Below are positions 1-12,025 of a stretch of 64,000 bases of DNA, piece by piece. The notes below the pieces were generated by a model. That model did no database searches and was not told the DNA's origin. It was given only the letters and a program-made list of their open reading frames with translations. Positions within the stretch are counted from its first letter, which is position 1. Each line of letters starts with the position of its first letter. The DNA comes from Sulfolobales archaeon HS-7 (lineage in GTDB: Archaea; Thermoproteota; Thermoprotei_A; Sulfolobales; Sulfolobaceae), in contig AP024596.1 in NCBI GenBank assembly GCA_019704295.1, forward strand, positions 1,408,001-1,472,000, in the 5' to 3' direction. The position numbers and the translations under genes are program-made.

Positions 1-708
1 GTCTATGTTTTCCAGTGAGAACATCGCCAATTCCTTAATATCCCTCCTGGTCTTACATCCTGACCATCACGTCTTTAGTGATGACGTCGTCGAAGAGAGT
101 TCCTAAATACGCCTTTACGCTCTGCCTATAACTTTCCGGGAAACCTCCAACGTTGAGGTACTCCCTAAGTTTAGACTTTACCTCGCTTATACCCCTAGTA
201 CTTTCCCTAACATTCACGTCATGGTATTTGAGGAACTCGCGAAAGGAGAAGGGGAGTAGAAGGTAATCTACGTGCCTCCCGGTTAAATAAGTTGCCATCT
301 CACTGCTCATAAGACTTGCGTTACTGCCCGTAACAATAACGGGCATTAAATCCCTAAGCCTGGACACGAACCTCTCCCAACCCTCTACATTCTGAACTTC
401 ATCAAGGATTAATACTTGTACGGTACCCTTGACCTGGTAAACGGCCTCTAACACTTTTTTGAGCTCATTGGCCTTCATCCGGGAAAACCTCTCGTCCTCG
501 AAGTCAACCCTAGCGTACGTCATCCCCTCACTCAGCTGAATTGAGTAAACAGATTTGCCCGTTCTTCTGGGCCCGGTTATTAAATAGGCGTTGTTCGCAT
601 TAACGCTATAGTCGACTTCCCTCTTTATTTTCTTCTCCTTCTCAAACTTCTCCCCGATCAAATCCTCTTGGTCTAGAATTATCTTCTTAATTCCTCAACT
701 TCCATAAT
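1..708 (-). pseudogene. AAA+ ATPase (AAA_14/DUF4143-like archaeal ATPase), frameshifted; runs off the window start
   Basis: ORF 53..661 has Walker A GPRRTGKS, Walker B ILDEVQ, VTGS and YLxxGGFP motifs. The N-terminus (MEVEEL.. / IILDQED) and the C-terminal continuation (CKTRRDIKELA..) lie in other frames. Confidence 0.8.
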
Positions 709-735
709 GAAGTGTTTCCGTAAGCCTTTTTAAAC

Positions 736-792
736 CTGTCAATTGAGAATTGACAGTTCTGCGCGGTATTGTAAATTAGTAATTGACAGTTC
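736..792. promoter_or_regulatory. Palindromic operator-like site upstream of the ATPase pseudogene
   Basis: ctgtcaatt-gag-aattgacag inverted repeat at 736-756; the half-site aattgacagttc recurs at 781; next to a TTTAAA box. Confidence 0.4.
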
Positions 793-1714
793 CTGCTCAT
801 AGGGCTAGTGCCTCTCTCCTAAACTAATCTCCCTTTCCTGGTCAAGAGTCCTTCGTAATTAGGGTACCTACGGGAGAAACTACACTGCTAATTCGCGTCT
901 GTTCTGAATGTCCTGAAATTCGAGGTGAAACGCTGAGGTCGAAGCGAGTTGGTGTTGACCATTATAACATTGAAAAGTCCATGAGGTGCTATATGTATCA
1001 CCTCTTACACAAGTATGGGAAAAGTGGGTTCAGATCACCCTAGATTAATGCCTAGTTTTTGAAGTTCCTAATCTCAGGCACCTTGAATCTCCTCGTTACT
1101 AAACCGTTTCAAAAGTAGTCATCCCCATTCCTACGCGTTTTCCCCGTGGGGAGGCCTCTACCTTAAGGGGCACATAGGCGTTATCGATACTTTCGTCTGC
1201 TTGAGGTGCACGATTGTTGATCGAGGAAGGAAGTACCGAATGACGCTGGAACCTCTCGCCGACTTCGTAAATCCCGTCATTAATTGTCGTCAGGTACCCA
1301 TATTAAGGTTTGAACCAGTGATCCCCTTACCCTGATGGGGTAATGTATTAAAAATGATCTTCAGGTGGCTTCTGAATTCTAATTTATCACCTTCACTAGT
1401 CTTACTCAGTGCGTAATATGAGTGAAGGTCCTAGCGTGGTACATCCCCCAAGATATTACCTTTCAATAGTCTCTAATACTCTTTGAAATAAGAATAAGTA
1501 GTGTTAATTGCAAATTACGGTTAGGACAGCTCAAATAAGCTAAACTATAAATCGTAGTCTACCGCTAGCTAAGGATGTTCGATTAGATTTTTTTCGTCTA
1601 AATAAACTAAATTCACAACGGGAACAGCCCGGAATCCACTATTCCCACTTAAGAGAATCTAATCGAAATCGAGGGGAATTCGCTAATGCCCAAATTGCGT
1701 TCGACGGTAAATAT

Positions 1715-1739
1715 TTTAACTAGTTTAACTAGTTTAACT
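1715..1739 (+). promoter_or_regulatory. Tandem 9-bp operator-like repeat over the TATA/start region of the RHH gene
   Basis: tttaactag-tttaactag-tttaact, containing palindromic aactagtt, immediately before ATG 1742. Confidence 0.55.
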
Positions 1740-1741
1740 TC

Positions 1742-2074
1742 ATGAAAGTGCTTGTAAAAGACGTTGATGAAAAGCTTTATAGAATGTTAAAGGCTAAAGC
1801 GTCGATTGAAGGTATCTCCGTAAGTGAGGCAATAAATGAGGCAATAAAACTTTGGTTGTTAAATAAGGATTCGGACAGAATTAAGGTAATAAAGAGCAAG
1901 GACTTTTGGGATACCGTAAATGAAGGAAAGTACGCGTTGTTCTGTGATGGCAATTTCATTGGGGGCTATGAGGACGAGAATGAAATGATAAAGGAGGCTC
2001 GGGAATACACTAAGTGTTACGCTCTAAGCAAAAAGTGGTTGATTGGAGAGGGTGAACTCACTGGAGTGTTTTGA
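1742..2074 (+). CDS. Ribbon-helix-helix DNA-binding protein with C-terminal DUF5678-like domain (antitoxin-like)
   Basis: N-terminal VKDVDEKLYRMLKAKASIEGISVSEAINEAI RHH pattern; GKYALFCDG C-terminal motif; overlaps the next gene. Confidence 0.7.
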   Translation: MKVLVKDVDEKLYRMLKAKASIEGISVSEAINEAIKLWLLNKDSDRIKVIKSKDFWDTVNEGKYALFCDGNFIGGYEDENEMIKEAREYTKCYALSKKWLIGEGELTGVF

Positions 2075-2423
2075 TGTAAATGAAAAACCTACACTGCACG
2101 TGACAGTGTCTGACCCGGTGAATGGGAAATCTGCTGAAGTGGACGTACTAGTTGACACTGGATTTTCCGGTTGGTTACTCCTCGATTACGAAGTTTACAC
2201 CAAACTTAACTCTCTGGAAATTCCCGTAACAAGGAAATATAGAAGCATTTTAGGTAATATTGAAGTTTACATGTCCAAAGCCAATATTACCGTCAATAGT
2301 ATTAGCGTAGATGGATTTATTGAGTCCTATCCTTACGTAGAAATGAACCTACTAGGTAGAGAAATATTGAAGAAACTGAATATATGCTTTTATAAAATGG
2401 GTAAAGTATGTATTGCATTCTAA
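2043..2423 (+). CDS. Clan AA (retropepsin-like) aspartic protease
   Basis: LVDTGFSG catalytic motif and C-terminal LLGREIL motif; exact start uncertain. Confidence 0.85.
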   Translation: MERVNSLECFDVNEKPTLHVTVSDPVNGKSAEVDVLVDTGFSGWLLLDYEVYTKLNSLEIPVTRKYRSILGNIEVYMSKANITVNSISVDGFIESYPYVEMNLLGREILKKLNICFYKMGKVCIAF

Positions 2424-2609
2424 TTGAGTTATTCAAAGTTCTCGCAAATTCAGGCTATTTGAAAATGAACGAATTCAATTGAATTCGTGAAACATCGTTG
2501 ATTACGTAATAATCCCTTTCATTACTCGCGAAAAGTCCTTCGCAAAGAACTCTCTAAGATAAAGTACCTTAAGGGAAAAAATTAATACACGCAAAGAAGC
2601 TTTAGCATA

Positions 2610-3668
2610 ATGGACACGGAGAAGTTAAACATTGTACTTAGAATTCTTTGGAAAGGCGGCGTTACCAGAGTTGCGGTAGAAGAAGCTAGAAATATTAACA
2701 GCAGACTGATCGTTTATAGGAACGCTTCTACTCAATACGATCTCTCTGACGTAGACGTTAAAGTCCTTTTCGACAATAAATCAAAGCGGATTTTTACGCT
2801 GTTGACGTCCATTTACGCGGGTCATAGGGGAGAGGAGGCTACGGTAGACTTAGACAGGATCATAAAAGCTAAGGACCTCATTAGGGGACCTGCATTATTT
2901 CACGATCAATTTGCGGGAATAACGGGCTACTTGAGGAAAAGGAAATACGGAGAGGATTACGCGGTATATATTCATGAGACTTCCCTTGATAGTAAGGGAA
3001 AGAAGTGGGCTTTGCCCAGGATCATGGAGAGAAAGGTCTTGGAAAAGAGTAAGGTGATTATCACCAACAGTAATTGGAACAAGGAGATCTTGGGGAGTTG
3101 GGGCTTTAGGGCTGAGGTGGTCTACCCCGGCTGTTATCCCAAGGAGAAGATAAACCTTGACAGGGAGAAAATTGCGCTAACAGTGTCGGTGTGGGACTCA
3201 GGCAGAAGACCGGAGATTTACGGGGAAATCAGCAGGAAAATTAAGGGGAAATTAGTTATGGCCGGTTACTGGACAAGGCAGGACACTTTAACCGAGTTTA
3301 CCAAAAAATACGGGGGAGTGACGGTGACGGGACCTATACCGGAGAGTGAATTGCGAGAGTTGTATGACAAGGCTGCGGTGTTAATACGATTCGGTTTCAA
3401 TGAGAAGGGACCCGGCATGGGAGTTTTAGAGGCCATGGGGGCTGGTATGCCTGTTGTAGTCAATGATGGGCTGGGAAGCAAGGAGTTGATAAAGGATAAC
3501 GGATACGTTGTACGAGATTGGGAGGAGGCAGTTGATAGGGTAAACGAAATACTGGAAGACGAGAATTTAAGGAGGGAGATGAGTAAGAACTCTTGGGAGA
3601 TCGCTAAGAGCTTACACTGGAGCAATCATGCTAGGAGGGTAAGAGAGTTACTATCGAGAGTGTATTAA
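2610..3668 (+). CDS. Glycosyltransferase family 4 (GT-B)
   Basis: [19 protein letters not shown] (Ex7E) motif; N-terminal KGGVTRV. Confidence 0.9.
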   Translation: MDTEKLNIVLRILWKGGVTRVAVEEARNINSRLIVYRNASTQYDLSDVDVKVLFDNKSKRIFTLLTSIYAGHRGEEATVDLDRIIKAKDLIRGPALFHDQFAGITGYLRKRKYGEDYAVYIHETSLDSKGKKWALPRIMERKVLEKSKVIITNSNWNKEILGSWGFRAEVVYPGCYPKEKINLDREKIALTVSVWDSGRRPEIYGEISRKIKGKLVMAGYWTRQDTLTEFTKKYGGVTVTGPIPESELRELYDKAAVLIRFGFNEKGPGMGVLEAMGAGMPVVVNDGLGSKELIKDNGYVVRDWEEAVDRVNEILEDENLRREMSKNSWEIAKSLHWSNHARRVRELLSRVY

Positions 3669-4569
3669 TTTGTGGTCATATTGATAAGTTTGAGTTATGC
3701 ACCGTGCTAGCAAAAACCGGTAAGCTATTTAGTAAAAAAGAAAGGGTGGAGTTTACCTTACACTTTATTGCTCCTTTGAGGTAAAAAGGGCGTGGAGTGA
3801 TCAAAGAAAAGTGAAGAACCCTGGGGAAAATGCTTTCAAACAAAATTATTAGAAATGAGGGTCCCATCCTGTGTAAGTGATTACAAAGGGTAGTGTGAAG
3901 GTTTTCATTAAGGTTCGTCTGGTCATATAGGGTCTATGGGTCGTCATCACTTATTGAGTCTATTCAAAGGATTACAATAAATTTGATGAAATTGATTCTC
4001 AATCGAACAGAAATTTACGCTATACATTTTCCTTCTTCCTAGTCCGTACAATTCGTGACTAGGAGCTGATATCCTACCTAGTACAGTATCACCTCTGAAT
4101 AAGGGTAATGATAAGTAAACCATTCCTTTCCCTAGGGTAGGGGAACGTTTCGGGTAAATACGATCCCTTCTCCCTTAAGGGTGTAGAAATAAAAAGGAAT
4201 TTGAGACCTTAACGAGAGAGCTCCTGTATCCCTCTATATGGAAATTACGCGCAGACAATGACCCCTGTACAAGATGTCCTGGTCATTTCCTCTCCTCATC
4301 AATCTGACAAAGTGTATCGAATGTACTTTCCAATTTGAGAGGGAATGGAACCATAAGGCGCTATATGCCTCGCCTCCAACATAACTATGGGTACAACTGT
4401 CTCGAACGCTATTTACGTAAACGTCGTCCTTGCCTCTCCTGTCTTGGACAACGTGAGCCTCTCTGACTAGACCGTTGTAGGGATTTGCTATCCCTAGTAG
4501 TGTTTTCCCCGAAGAATCCCTCGGTTGTCCTAAACACTATGTTATACCTACTCTTAACAAGGGGAATAT

Positions 4570-5979
4570 TTAGCTTATAATCCTTAAAATGACAGATATG
4601 AAATTGAGACTACGAGGTAGGAATCCCTCAATTATCTTAACGTCCTCTTCTGTGATTATCTTAAATATTTTGAAAATGGCAAGAACAGCTATTATTAGAA
4701 CGAAATCTAGGAAAAGAGGGTCAACTGCTACTTCGTAGAGGCCAATAAGCGGAATCATTGAGAGAACGCCGATTTCCTTCTTTCCTAGAGAGAAAGCAGA
4801 AGTTCTAATAGCGTAAAACAGCACAAAGAGAGAGGAGATTGTTGCTACTGTGATCTGAGATATAGCACCTCCCATTATTCCTATCCTAGGAATTAACAAA
4901 TAGGAAGTGAGTAATACAAGACCGCCGTTTAAAACTGACAGGATAAGAAAAGGTCTCAGATCCCTCTTAAATGCGACAATGAAATTAGTCAAGGAAGATA
5001 CGGAAAATGGAAGGGTTGATGAAATCAAAAGCAGAACGAAAACATCTAGTCCCGTCTTGTACGCCGGAAAGAAGCGGTCAATTACTATTTCGCCTATGGG
5101 AATAGAGACTATTACTGCAAGAAAAGTTATTAGTGATAGGACTCTAAAGGAAAGGGAGGACATCCTCTTCTCATCTTTCCCTAAAGCCTTGTAAAAAGAC
5201 GCTGTTGGCAACAAAACGCCGCTTAAGGCGCCTAAAACCATTGAAGGTACTCCGGCAACTAGAGCTGAAAATTGGTAAATGCCTAAGTAGTAAGAACCTA
5301 GTAAATAAGCTGTAGTTACTCTATCCCCTTGAGAAGAAAAGAAATTTGACGAAGAAGATAGGTAAAGAGGCAAACCTTCCCTGAAATGCTTAAAAAGAAA
5401 TGCGAAATGTGGAGAAGGGAAAATTACTCCAATTTTCCTGCTCAAGAAGGCATAGTTTATGGAAACTGAAAGCATTCCTCCTAAAGTCCAGATCTCAACG
5501 AATAGGTAAATGCTGTGAAAGAGGACGGCTATTATCGATATACCCCATCTTATGATTAGAAATAGGTTCCCCGTTATTGCTAATTCAGTGAACATGTCCA
5601 TCCCTATCATTATCACTGTCATTACGGCATTTAGAAGATAGAGGAAAAGGTAAGGTATTGCCAACTTAACGTAGTTCGGGAAAAGGAGAAGGACTAGGAG
5701 AATAGGAATGGTCATAAAGGGGAATGAAAGAAATTTTTCTACTATACCTTTATTTATCTCTTTATTAGCGTAAAGATAAGATATTTCTCTTGCGATTATT
5801 GCACCAGGGATTAGATAAAAAAAAGTCGATGTAATTACCTCCAGGAGTTGAATTATCGCGACTTTCCCGAAGAACGCCGGATTGGTAATTTTAGCGGTAA
5901 TGATGAAGAATATTAAGGCAACGATGACGTTAGTAGTGGTGACACTAAGGCTCTTCAGTGCATTCTTTATAGGGTTCAT
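4570..5979 (-). CDS. Oligosaccharide flippase (Wzx/MOP family)
   Basis: 12-14 hydrophobic helices; DRxxxxYLLGxxxLGIYQ and LIPRIGIMGGA motifs; glycosylation context. Confidence 0.88.
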   Translation of the reverse strand: MNPIKNALKSLSVTTTNVIVALIFFIITAKITNPAFFGKVAIIQLLEVITSTFFYLIPGAIIAREISYLYANKEINKGIVEKFLSFPFMTIPILLVLLLFPNYVKLAIPYLFLYLLNAVMTVIMIGMDMFTELAITGNLFLIIRWGISIIAVLFHSIYLFVEIWTLGGMLSVSINYAFLSRKIGVIFPSPHFAFLFKHFREGLPLYLSSSSNFFSSQGDRVTTAYLLGSYYLGIYQFSALVAGVPSMVLGALSGVLLPTASFYKALGKDEKRMSSLSFRVLSLITFLAVIVSIPIGEIVIDRFFPAYKTGLDVFVLLLISSTLPFSVSSLTNFIVAFKRDLRPFLILSVLNGGLVLLTSYLLIPRIGIMGGAISQITVATISSLFVLFYAIRTSAFSLGKKEIGVLSMIPLIGLYEVAVDPLFLDFVLIIAVLAIFKIFKIITEEDVKIIEGFLPRSLNFISVILRIIS

Positions 5980-6024
5980 TCAGTTATCGGCTTTAGAAGT
6001 AAAATAATAAAGCTTTTCCTTATG

Positions 6025-7026
6025 TTGAGTCTGGGACAAAAACTTCAGATATCACTTATTTTATATTACGAATACGTGAATAAGAAGTTAACCCAGAGGG
6101 ACTTCGAGGACTTCAAGAAGTCAATAGAGGACTTGATTACTATACAAGGAGAGTAGGGTCGGTAAGGCGGAAACTGAGGAAAGGGAAGAGGAGAGGTTAA
6201 CTAGGTTAAGGTTCGGTAAAGAGTTAAGGAAGGACATAGATGAAAGGGAAGTTCGTGAAGACATGTAAGAGTAGGGGAGGAAAAGCAAGTTAACCCCACA
6301 AGGCGTACTGGTAAAAGGAATACCTAGGCCAACAGGGGAGTTGTAGAACAGGCGTCACTGCTAACGAAGGAGGAGATAAGCTACAGGACGGTAGAGAGAC
6401 TTATTTGATATCTTCGTTTTCCTTTACAACATGCTCTCAAAGGGCGTAGTGGCCTTCGATCAACGCGGTCATGGACAGGCTATTCCCTAGTGGTAAGCAT
6501 TACTGGATGAAGGGGAGAAGTCTGGGGAAGAGGTGAGGGAAGGGAAGGACTTCTTGTACTCTTCATCTTCGACTTGGGCAGTAACTTGATCGCTTACGGT
6601 TACTCGCTTAAGAGCGAGAGAGGCTTATGAGATGGCCCTCGAGGTCCTGAGGGATCTTGGAGCCCAAGTGGACTCCTTGAGGACTGACAAGTACTACGGC
6701 AAGTCTACACTTGATGACTTCCCTGATTCCAAGGTCTACTTGATACCCAAGTCTAACGCCACGATTAAAGGAGGTGGAGATGATATTGAGGTTCATTGGG
6801 AACCTGCTGGAGTAGTTGGAGGAGTCAAGCGTGAGAAGGTAGAGTCCCTGGTCTCCTCCAAGGAGGACAGAGTGGATCATAAACAAGGTCAGGGAAGAGA
6901 GGATCCGCTTGATGGTCTTAGCGAGGGTCGCGATTCACGACCTACTGTGGTCCAAAGCGTTAGATTAAAAATTATGAAATGATATGTAAATTTAGAACCC
7001 ATTAGACTAACTTGTCCCAGACTCAA
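6025..7026 (+). mobile_element. Degenerate ~1.0-kb insertion sequence (probably IS5-like) with fragmented transposase
   Basis: Perfect 15-bp terminal inverted repeats ttgagtctgggacaa / ttgtcccagactcaa; transposase remnant 6632..6982 (SLRTDKYY, LIPKSNA); higher GC than the flanks. Confidence 0.8.
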
Positions 7027-7107
7027 TTTGACCTAAAGATTTATTACTGAACGCCATACTCACTATATCTACAAAAATTTTTAAATGTATTTTTATATTT
7101 TATGTGA

Positions 7108-7747
7108 ATGTGCAATACAGCAGTTATCGAATTTTTTGTAGAAAATATTAATTGTGAAGAATTTCAAGGCAAAAGGGTTATAGAGGTGGGAAGTAAATAT
7201 GTTAATGGTAGTGTTAGGCCTCTTATAGAGAAGTTTTGTAAACCTAGGGAGTATATTGGAGTAGATGTTAAAAAAGGGAAATTTGTCGATGTTGTTCTTC
7301 CTGCAGAGCAGCTTGTTGAGAAATTTGGAGAGGATTCCTTTGACGTGGTGATTTCTACGGAAATGTTAGAACATATCAAAGATTGGAGGACAGTTATAAA
7401 TAATATGAAGCTGATTCTTAAACCGACCGGATATATATATATCGACTAGGTCTTTCGGCTTTCCATATCATGCATATCCTTATGATTTCTGGCGTTATGA
7501 AATTGAAGATATGAAAGAAATTTTCGATGATTTCGAAATAATAAACCTAATGAGAGATCCATTAGAACCAGGTCTGTTCCTCAAGGCTAGAAAACCCTTT
7601 AATTTCAAGCTGAGGGATTTAACGGTTATCGCATTATATTCTATGTTAACTGGAAGAAGAATTAAAAGTGTTCCAGATAAATTGCCTATGAGCAGAAAAA
7701 TATTTCTATTATATCAAAGATTTAAAACTCACACATTCTTCATTTAA
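7108..7747 (+). pseudogene. Class I SAM-dependent methyltransferase, split by one frameshift at an (AT)6 tract
   Basis: VIEVGS, FDVVISTEMLEH, LKPTG motifs; TRSFGFPYHAYPYDFWR continues in the +1 frame into ORF 7511..7747. Confidence 0.85.
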
Positions 7748-7863
7748 ATATATTCAACTGATAGGGAATTTTTTTATATTTTAAGAAACATTAAAATAAG
7801 TTTATCTAACTTGACTATACTTTAAAAACCTTTAAATATAGTACTTCCAAAAAAAAATGTCAT

Positions 7864-8766
7864 ATGAATAAGCTACTCTACCATTTAATATATCTTGATT
7901 TATTCCTATTACACGGTAAAAGAGGTAAATTCAATAATTATTTTGCATTTTCAAGGAAAAAAGGTAAAGTAATATTTCCTAATGAGTTTAGTATTAAATT
8001 AAATAAAGATAATTTTGATGATGTGTTGAACCTTTATCTTTTCTCTTATAAATACGGTGTGGATATTGGAAATAGTTGGAAATTTGATAACGAGAATAAT
8101 ATTATAATTACTCCAGATGAAATAAAATTCTCTATAAGAGGATTTGATAGCTTAATTTTTGCTGAAACTTTTTTGTATGACACGCATTTCGTGGATTATA
8201 ATCTAGAAAATAGAAAAGTAATTCATGCTGGAGCCTACACTGGCGAGACGGCATTATATTACGCAAAACGGGGAGCTTATGTTTATGCCTTCGAGCCTCA
8301 ACTAGACTGTTATAATATTGCTCTTAATAATCTTAAATTAAATCCTGAAATAGCTAGAAAAATTGTGTTAAAGGATTGGGCGATAGGAGAGAATGGCGAA
8401 ATAGAATTTCCTAACACTAAGTGTAATGGAGGAACTTCTTACCTTCATGAGTATAAAGATAAAATAAAAGTAAGGAGTGTAAGTATTTCTACGATTCTAG
8501 AAGAATTTAGTATTTCTCAACCAGATATTCTTGATTTAGATATAAAAGGAAACGAGTTTCAAGTCATTAATGATAGAGTTATACAAAAATTCCGTACAGT
8601 TAGGATAGAATACCTCACTATAATTAATGGCAAAAAGATAGGAGATATGAACTATGTAATTGAAAAATTGCGAGAGTACGGCTTTACAAAAATAAGGATT
8701 TATAAACAAAACGAGTTACCATTTGATCTTTCAATTAATGGAACAATAATAGCACAAAAACAGTGA
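7864..8766 (+). CDS. FkbM family methyltransferase
   Basis: IHAGAYTGE, VYAFEP and LDIKGNE motifs. Confidence 0.85.
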   Translation: MNKLLYHLIYLDLFLLHGKRGKFNNYFAFSRKKGKVIFPNEFSIKLNKDNFDDVLNLYLFSYKYGVDIGNSWKFDNENNIIITPDEIKFSIRGFDSLIFAETFLYDTHFVDYNLENRKVIHAGAYTGETALYYAKRGAYVYAFEPQLDCYNIALNNLKLNPEIARKIVLKDWAIGENGEIEFPNTKCNGGTSYLHEYKDKIKVRSVSISTILEEFSISQPDILDLDIKGNEFQVINDRVIQKFRTVRIEYLTIINGKKIGDMNYVIEKLREYGFTKIRIYKQNELPFDLSINGTIIAQKQ

Positions 8767-8782
8767 TGTTTCATCAATTTTA

Positions 8783-10162
8783 CAGTCATGTTTCGCTAAT
8801 TTTACTAAAAATAAGACAATTTCTAAAACATAGGAAAATTCCGCTCAAAAAATAGAAATTAGCTAAATTTCCGTTGAAGTGGAGAAAGGATAGATTTTTA
8901 TCTTAGAGAAAGGCCCGTAACTTAGTTTTTACACGTATAGTAATACCTTGTGTGTTATCAGGTAGGTAGAAATGAGAACGTTGAAGTTTAAGCGAGCGAT
9001 TTCCTAAATCTAGGTATGAGGATAAGCAAACTAGGACAAGTCCCTCGCTAATGAACTTGTATTGGAGGCGTTCAAGAAGATTTCGTGTAATTCCCGCGAC
9101 GTTATCGGGAGAATTAAATCCCTCCTCCTGGGGAATAGAGGAAAGGACTACATTTCGCTTGTAAGATAAGGGAAAAAGCTAGGGGAACTATTGGGTAGAA
9201 CTTTCGAGTTCTGGGAACTCTGCTTGATCTTCTCTGAGACCGCGCTTGGTTTCGACGGGACCTTCTTGGGATTGGGAGAGAAGGAGACGGAGTAAGTGGG
9301 GGACAAACTCTTCTCGGGAAAGGTTAGATCAGCAGAACTCCTGTCTCCCGTGAGATGTAACGTGGTTACCTAATTCGCGGTTAGAGAGGATCAAAAGCCC
9401 TCTGAGTTTCTTCAAGAGTTCGTCAACAAGGCAACGCAGCACGTCAACTTGGATTACGTTGTTGCGGATGCGGGATTCCTCAACCTGGAGATCCTCAAGG
9501 AGTTACCCGCAAAAACCGTGATTAGGGGGGAGAGAATTTTAAGGGAGTCAAGGAACTCTTTGCTCAGCCCCTTACCGTGAAGTACTACAAGGTTGAGGAT
9601 AGATCTTACGTTGCCTACAGCGTGATAGAGTACAAGGGACTCTACTATTACGACGTGATTTACGTGAAACATAAGGAAAAACCAATGCAGTTCGTTTTCG
9701 TGTCCAACATTAAGGAAGAACCTTACGAGTTGGAGGAGACCTACAGGTTGAGGTGGCAAATAGAGGAGGGATTTAAGACGAGGAAGGCTAGAATAGAACT
9801 CATAAGGAGTTTGTGCAACAAGCTCTACCTGATCTACGCGCTCCTCGACACTTCCTGGAACTTGTACCTCTTCCTCTCATTTAACCTCAAGGCACCTGGA
9901 GAGAAGTCCTAGCGTTTAAACAGTTCGTCAATCTCCTCTAGGTGTTTTTAAGCTTCAGGGTGGACTACGTACCTCGCTTTGACCTCGTGAGATAAATTCA
10001 GAACTTCTTGTGTTTGCTATCATTAACTTGTAAAATATATCAGATTTTGACTAAACATATCTTATTGTTACGTCCATGGAGTTGACTTAATCCTATATTT
10101 TTATATACAAATTACACTAATAATATCTTACAAACATGAGATTTTTTTGTGAAACAAGACTG
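8783..10162 (+). mobile_element. Decayed ISH3-family (IS4-like) insertion sequence, ~1.38 kb
   Basis: Terminal IRs cagtcatgtttcgc / gtgaaacaagactg; transposase fragments with VVADAGF and YRLRWQIEEGFK (YREK-type) motifs and many stops. Confidence 0.85.
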
Positions 10163-10299
10163 TCTATATATCTATCTCATTCATAAATTGCTATTCACAA
10201 AAGAATCCTGTATCGCCATACCCTTCTAGGATTCTTAGTTATTGTAACACGGCATTTTCATTATTAAATTAATCTATTATAGTTAATTTTAAAATTAAA

Positions 10300-11358
10300 T
10301 TAAATATTATTATTTTGTATATTTTTGTAATGCCTTATAAGTAAGAATTGAGGCGTTCGTCTTTTACCGAACAATAGTGGCATGGTAATTGCGATTAAAC
10401 TGAAGCTAAATTCTGATATATTCATCTGCGAAATGAGAAGATATTTAATGAATTTAAACAGAAAATTTCCATATGATGGTAGTTTAACTTTGTAAGTACA
10501 ATTAAAATAATTATTATATATATATAAATATTTTTCTAAATTAATTATTAGTATCTCAACAACTCTTCTACAATTATTACAATTCTTCACTAATTTTAAG
10601 ATATTGTAGTAATCTTTCAAATCTCTGTTTGCTTTACAGATCGTCTTATGTTGAAACTCTACGAAATCGTTGTAACTAGAAAATTTTCCAAAGCTTGTAA
10701 TTCCAGAACCTACTCTGAAAAATGTTAATCTTCTGGAAACATGTAAAATATTACCTTCCAATAATGATATAAAAAATAGAGCTAAATCTGGAATATTATC
10801 AATACCTTCAATAAAACTCTTATACTTTATCAGAACATTTTTCCTTATACCCATTGAAGAGGTATTATGATGAATATTTGAATAATGCCTATATATAGAT
10901 AATATATTGTTTGAGTTTATAACCATATCTTCATGAGGTTGTCGTTCGTCCAGGGACTTAGCGTAAAAATTTTCTATTTTATTACCAATAATATCAATGT
11001 ATTGCTGATGATTGTGTATCATTACTATATCGTCATTTTTTTCAAAAATTCTCTTTATATATTCAATCTTATCACTCTTGAACATATCGTCATCTTCTAA
11101 GAAAAACACTATATCTATATCATTATTTAAATAGTCTATAGCAGCGGCGATTTTCTTTCCTATTGATGCATAACCCGCCTCAATAATATTGTAGTTTTGG
11201 AATCCTTTGATTAGTGGTAAGCCTTTTACGAATTCTACATTATCAGTTGTAATAATTACTTGTTCAGGAACAATGGTTTGGTTTAAAAGAGAACTTAATG
11301 CTTGAGCAATATAGTTGTAACGCTTATAAATGGTTACAATTACAGCAGACTTCATCAC
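10300..11358 (-). CDS. Glycosyltransferase family 2
   Basis: N-terminal VIVTIYKR..ALSSLLNQ; FFLEDDD (DxD) motif. Confidence 0.88.
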   Translation of the reverse strand: MMKSAVIVTIYKRYNYIAQALSSLLNQTIVPEQVIITTDNVEFVKGLPLIKGFQNYNIIEAGYASIGKKIAAAIDYLNNDIDIVFFLEDDDMFKSDKIEYIKRIFEKNDDIVMIHNHQQYIDIIGNKIENFYAKSLDERQPHEDMVINSNNILSIYRHYSNIHHNTSSMGIRKNVLIKYKSFIEGIDNIPDLALFFISLLEGNILHVSRRLTFFRVGSGITSFGKFSSYNDFVEFQHKTICKANRDLKDYYNILKLVKNCNNCRRVVEILIINLEKYLYIYNNYFNCTYKVKLPSYGNFLFKFIKYLLISQMNISEFSFSLIAITMPLLFGKRRTPQFLLIRHYKNIQNNNI

Positions 11359-11616
11359 TTATAACATAAGAGTCTAATAGTTATAAGTTTCTTATGTTAA
11401 ACATGTTTGGCGTGCTCACTGTACTATCATTAAGATATCCTTTTTTGCATAACAACAATTACTTTTGGGTAGGAAGCGCTACACACTTAATTTCTAATAA
11501 GACTACTAGAACATCGAGTCCAGTGCACCACATATTTTGTTTTTCTTGAGATCAACATTCTTTCCTATAGGCATACGAGGCACTACTTTATGACGCGCTT
11601 ATAGACGTCTTCCAAT

Positions 11617-11880
11617 AATAAAATGTCTAGTACGTAATTAACGTGAATACCTAGATAAAGTAAAAAGTTATAAAACACCTCTGTTTAAGATTAAATTAGT
11701 TAAATTATGTTAAGGAAAATAACATAAAATTAGTTTATCATGAGTATTTGGAAGATATCTTGAAGTTTTCGAGAATCAAGACTAGAAACGAGTTTTTCTA
11801 GCCTGATTTTAAGTGGAGATTTCAGCGTTTACTAATGGACCCAAACCACTGAGCATTGTAAGGTGGGCCCAAGAGGCGTC
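11617..11880 (-). mobile_element. Truncated 3' end of the IS5-like element
   Basis: Resembles 25975-26235 (ataaagtaaaaagttataaaacac; ttttaagtggagatttcagcg). Confidence 0.65.
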
Positions 11881-12025
11881 GCATGCTTCTCCTTTAATAC
11901 GGCTTTGGGAATAATGGGTCCAAAATGACACTTACGACAACGTCACGGTGCTTGACGTTCTTAACCTTGGACAGCTTGTGCTTCTTTATAACTAAACCCT
12001 TATACGCGCGATCTATAATAATAAT

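Noticed and set aside
800-1650. Possible ncRNA/tRNA in long intergenic stretches (also 3900-4560, 40620-41250, 63330-64000)
   Set aside because: No tRNA/rRNA signatures; the stretches contain only fragments resembling degraded IS sequences.
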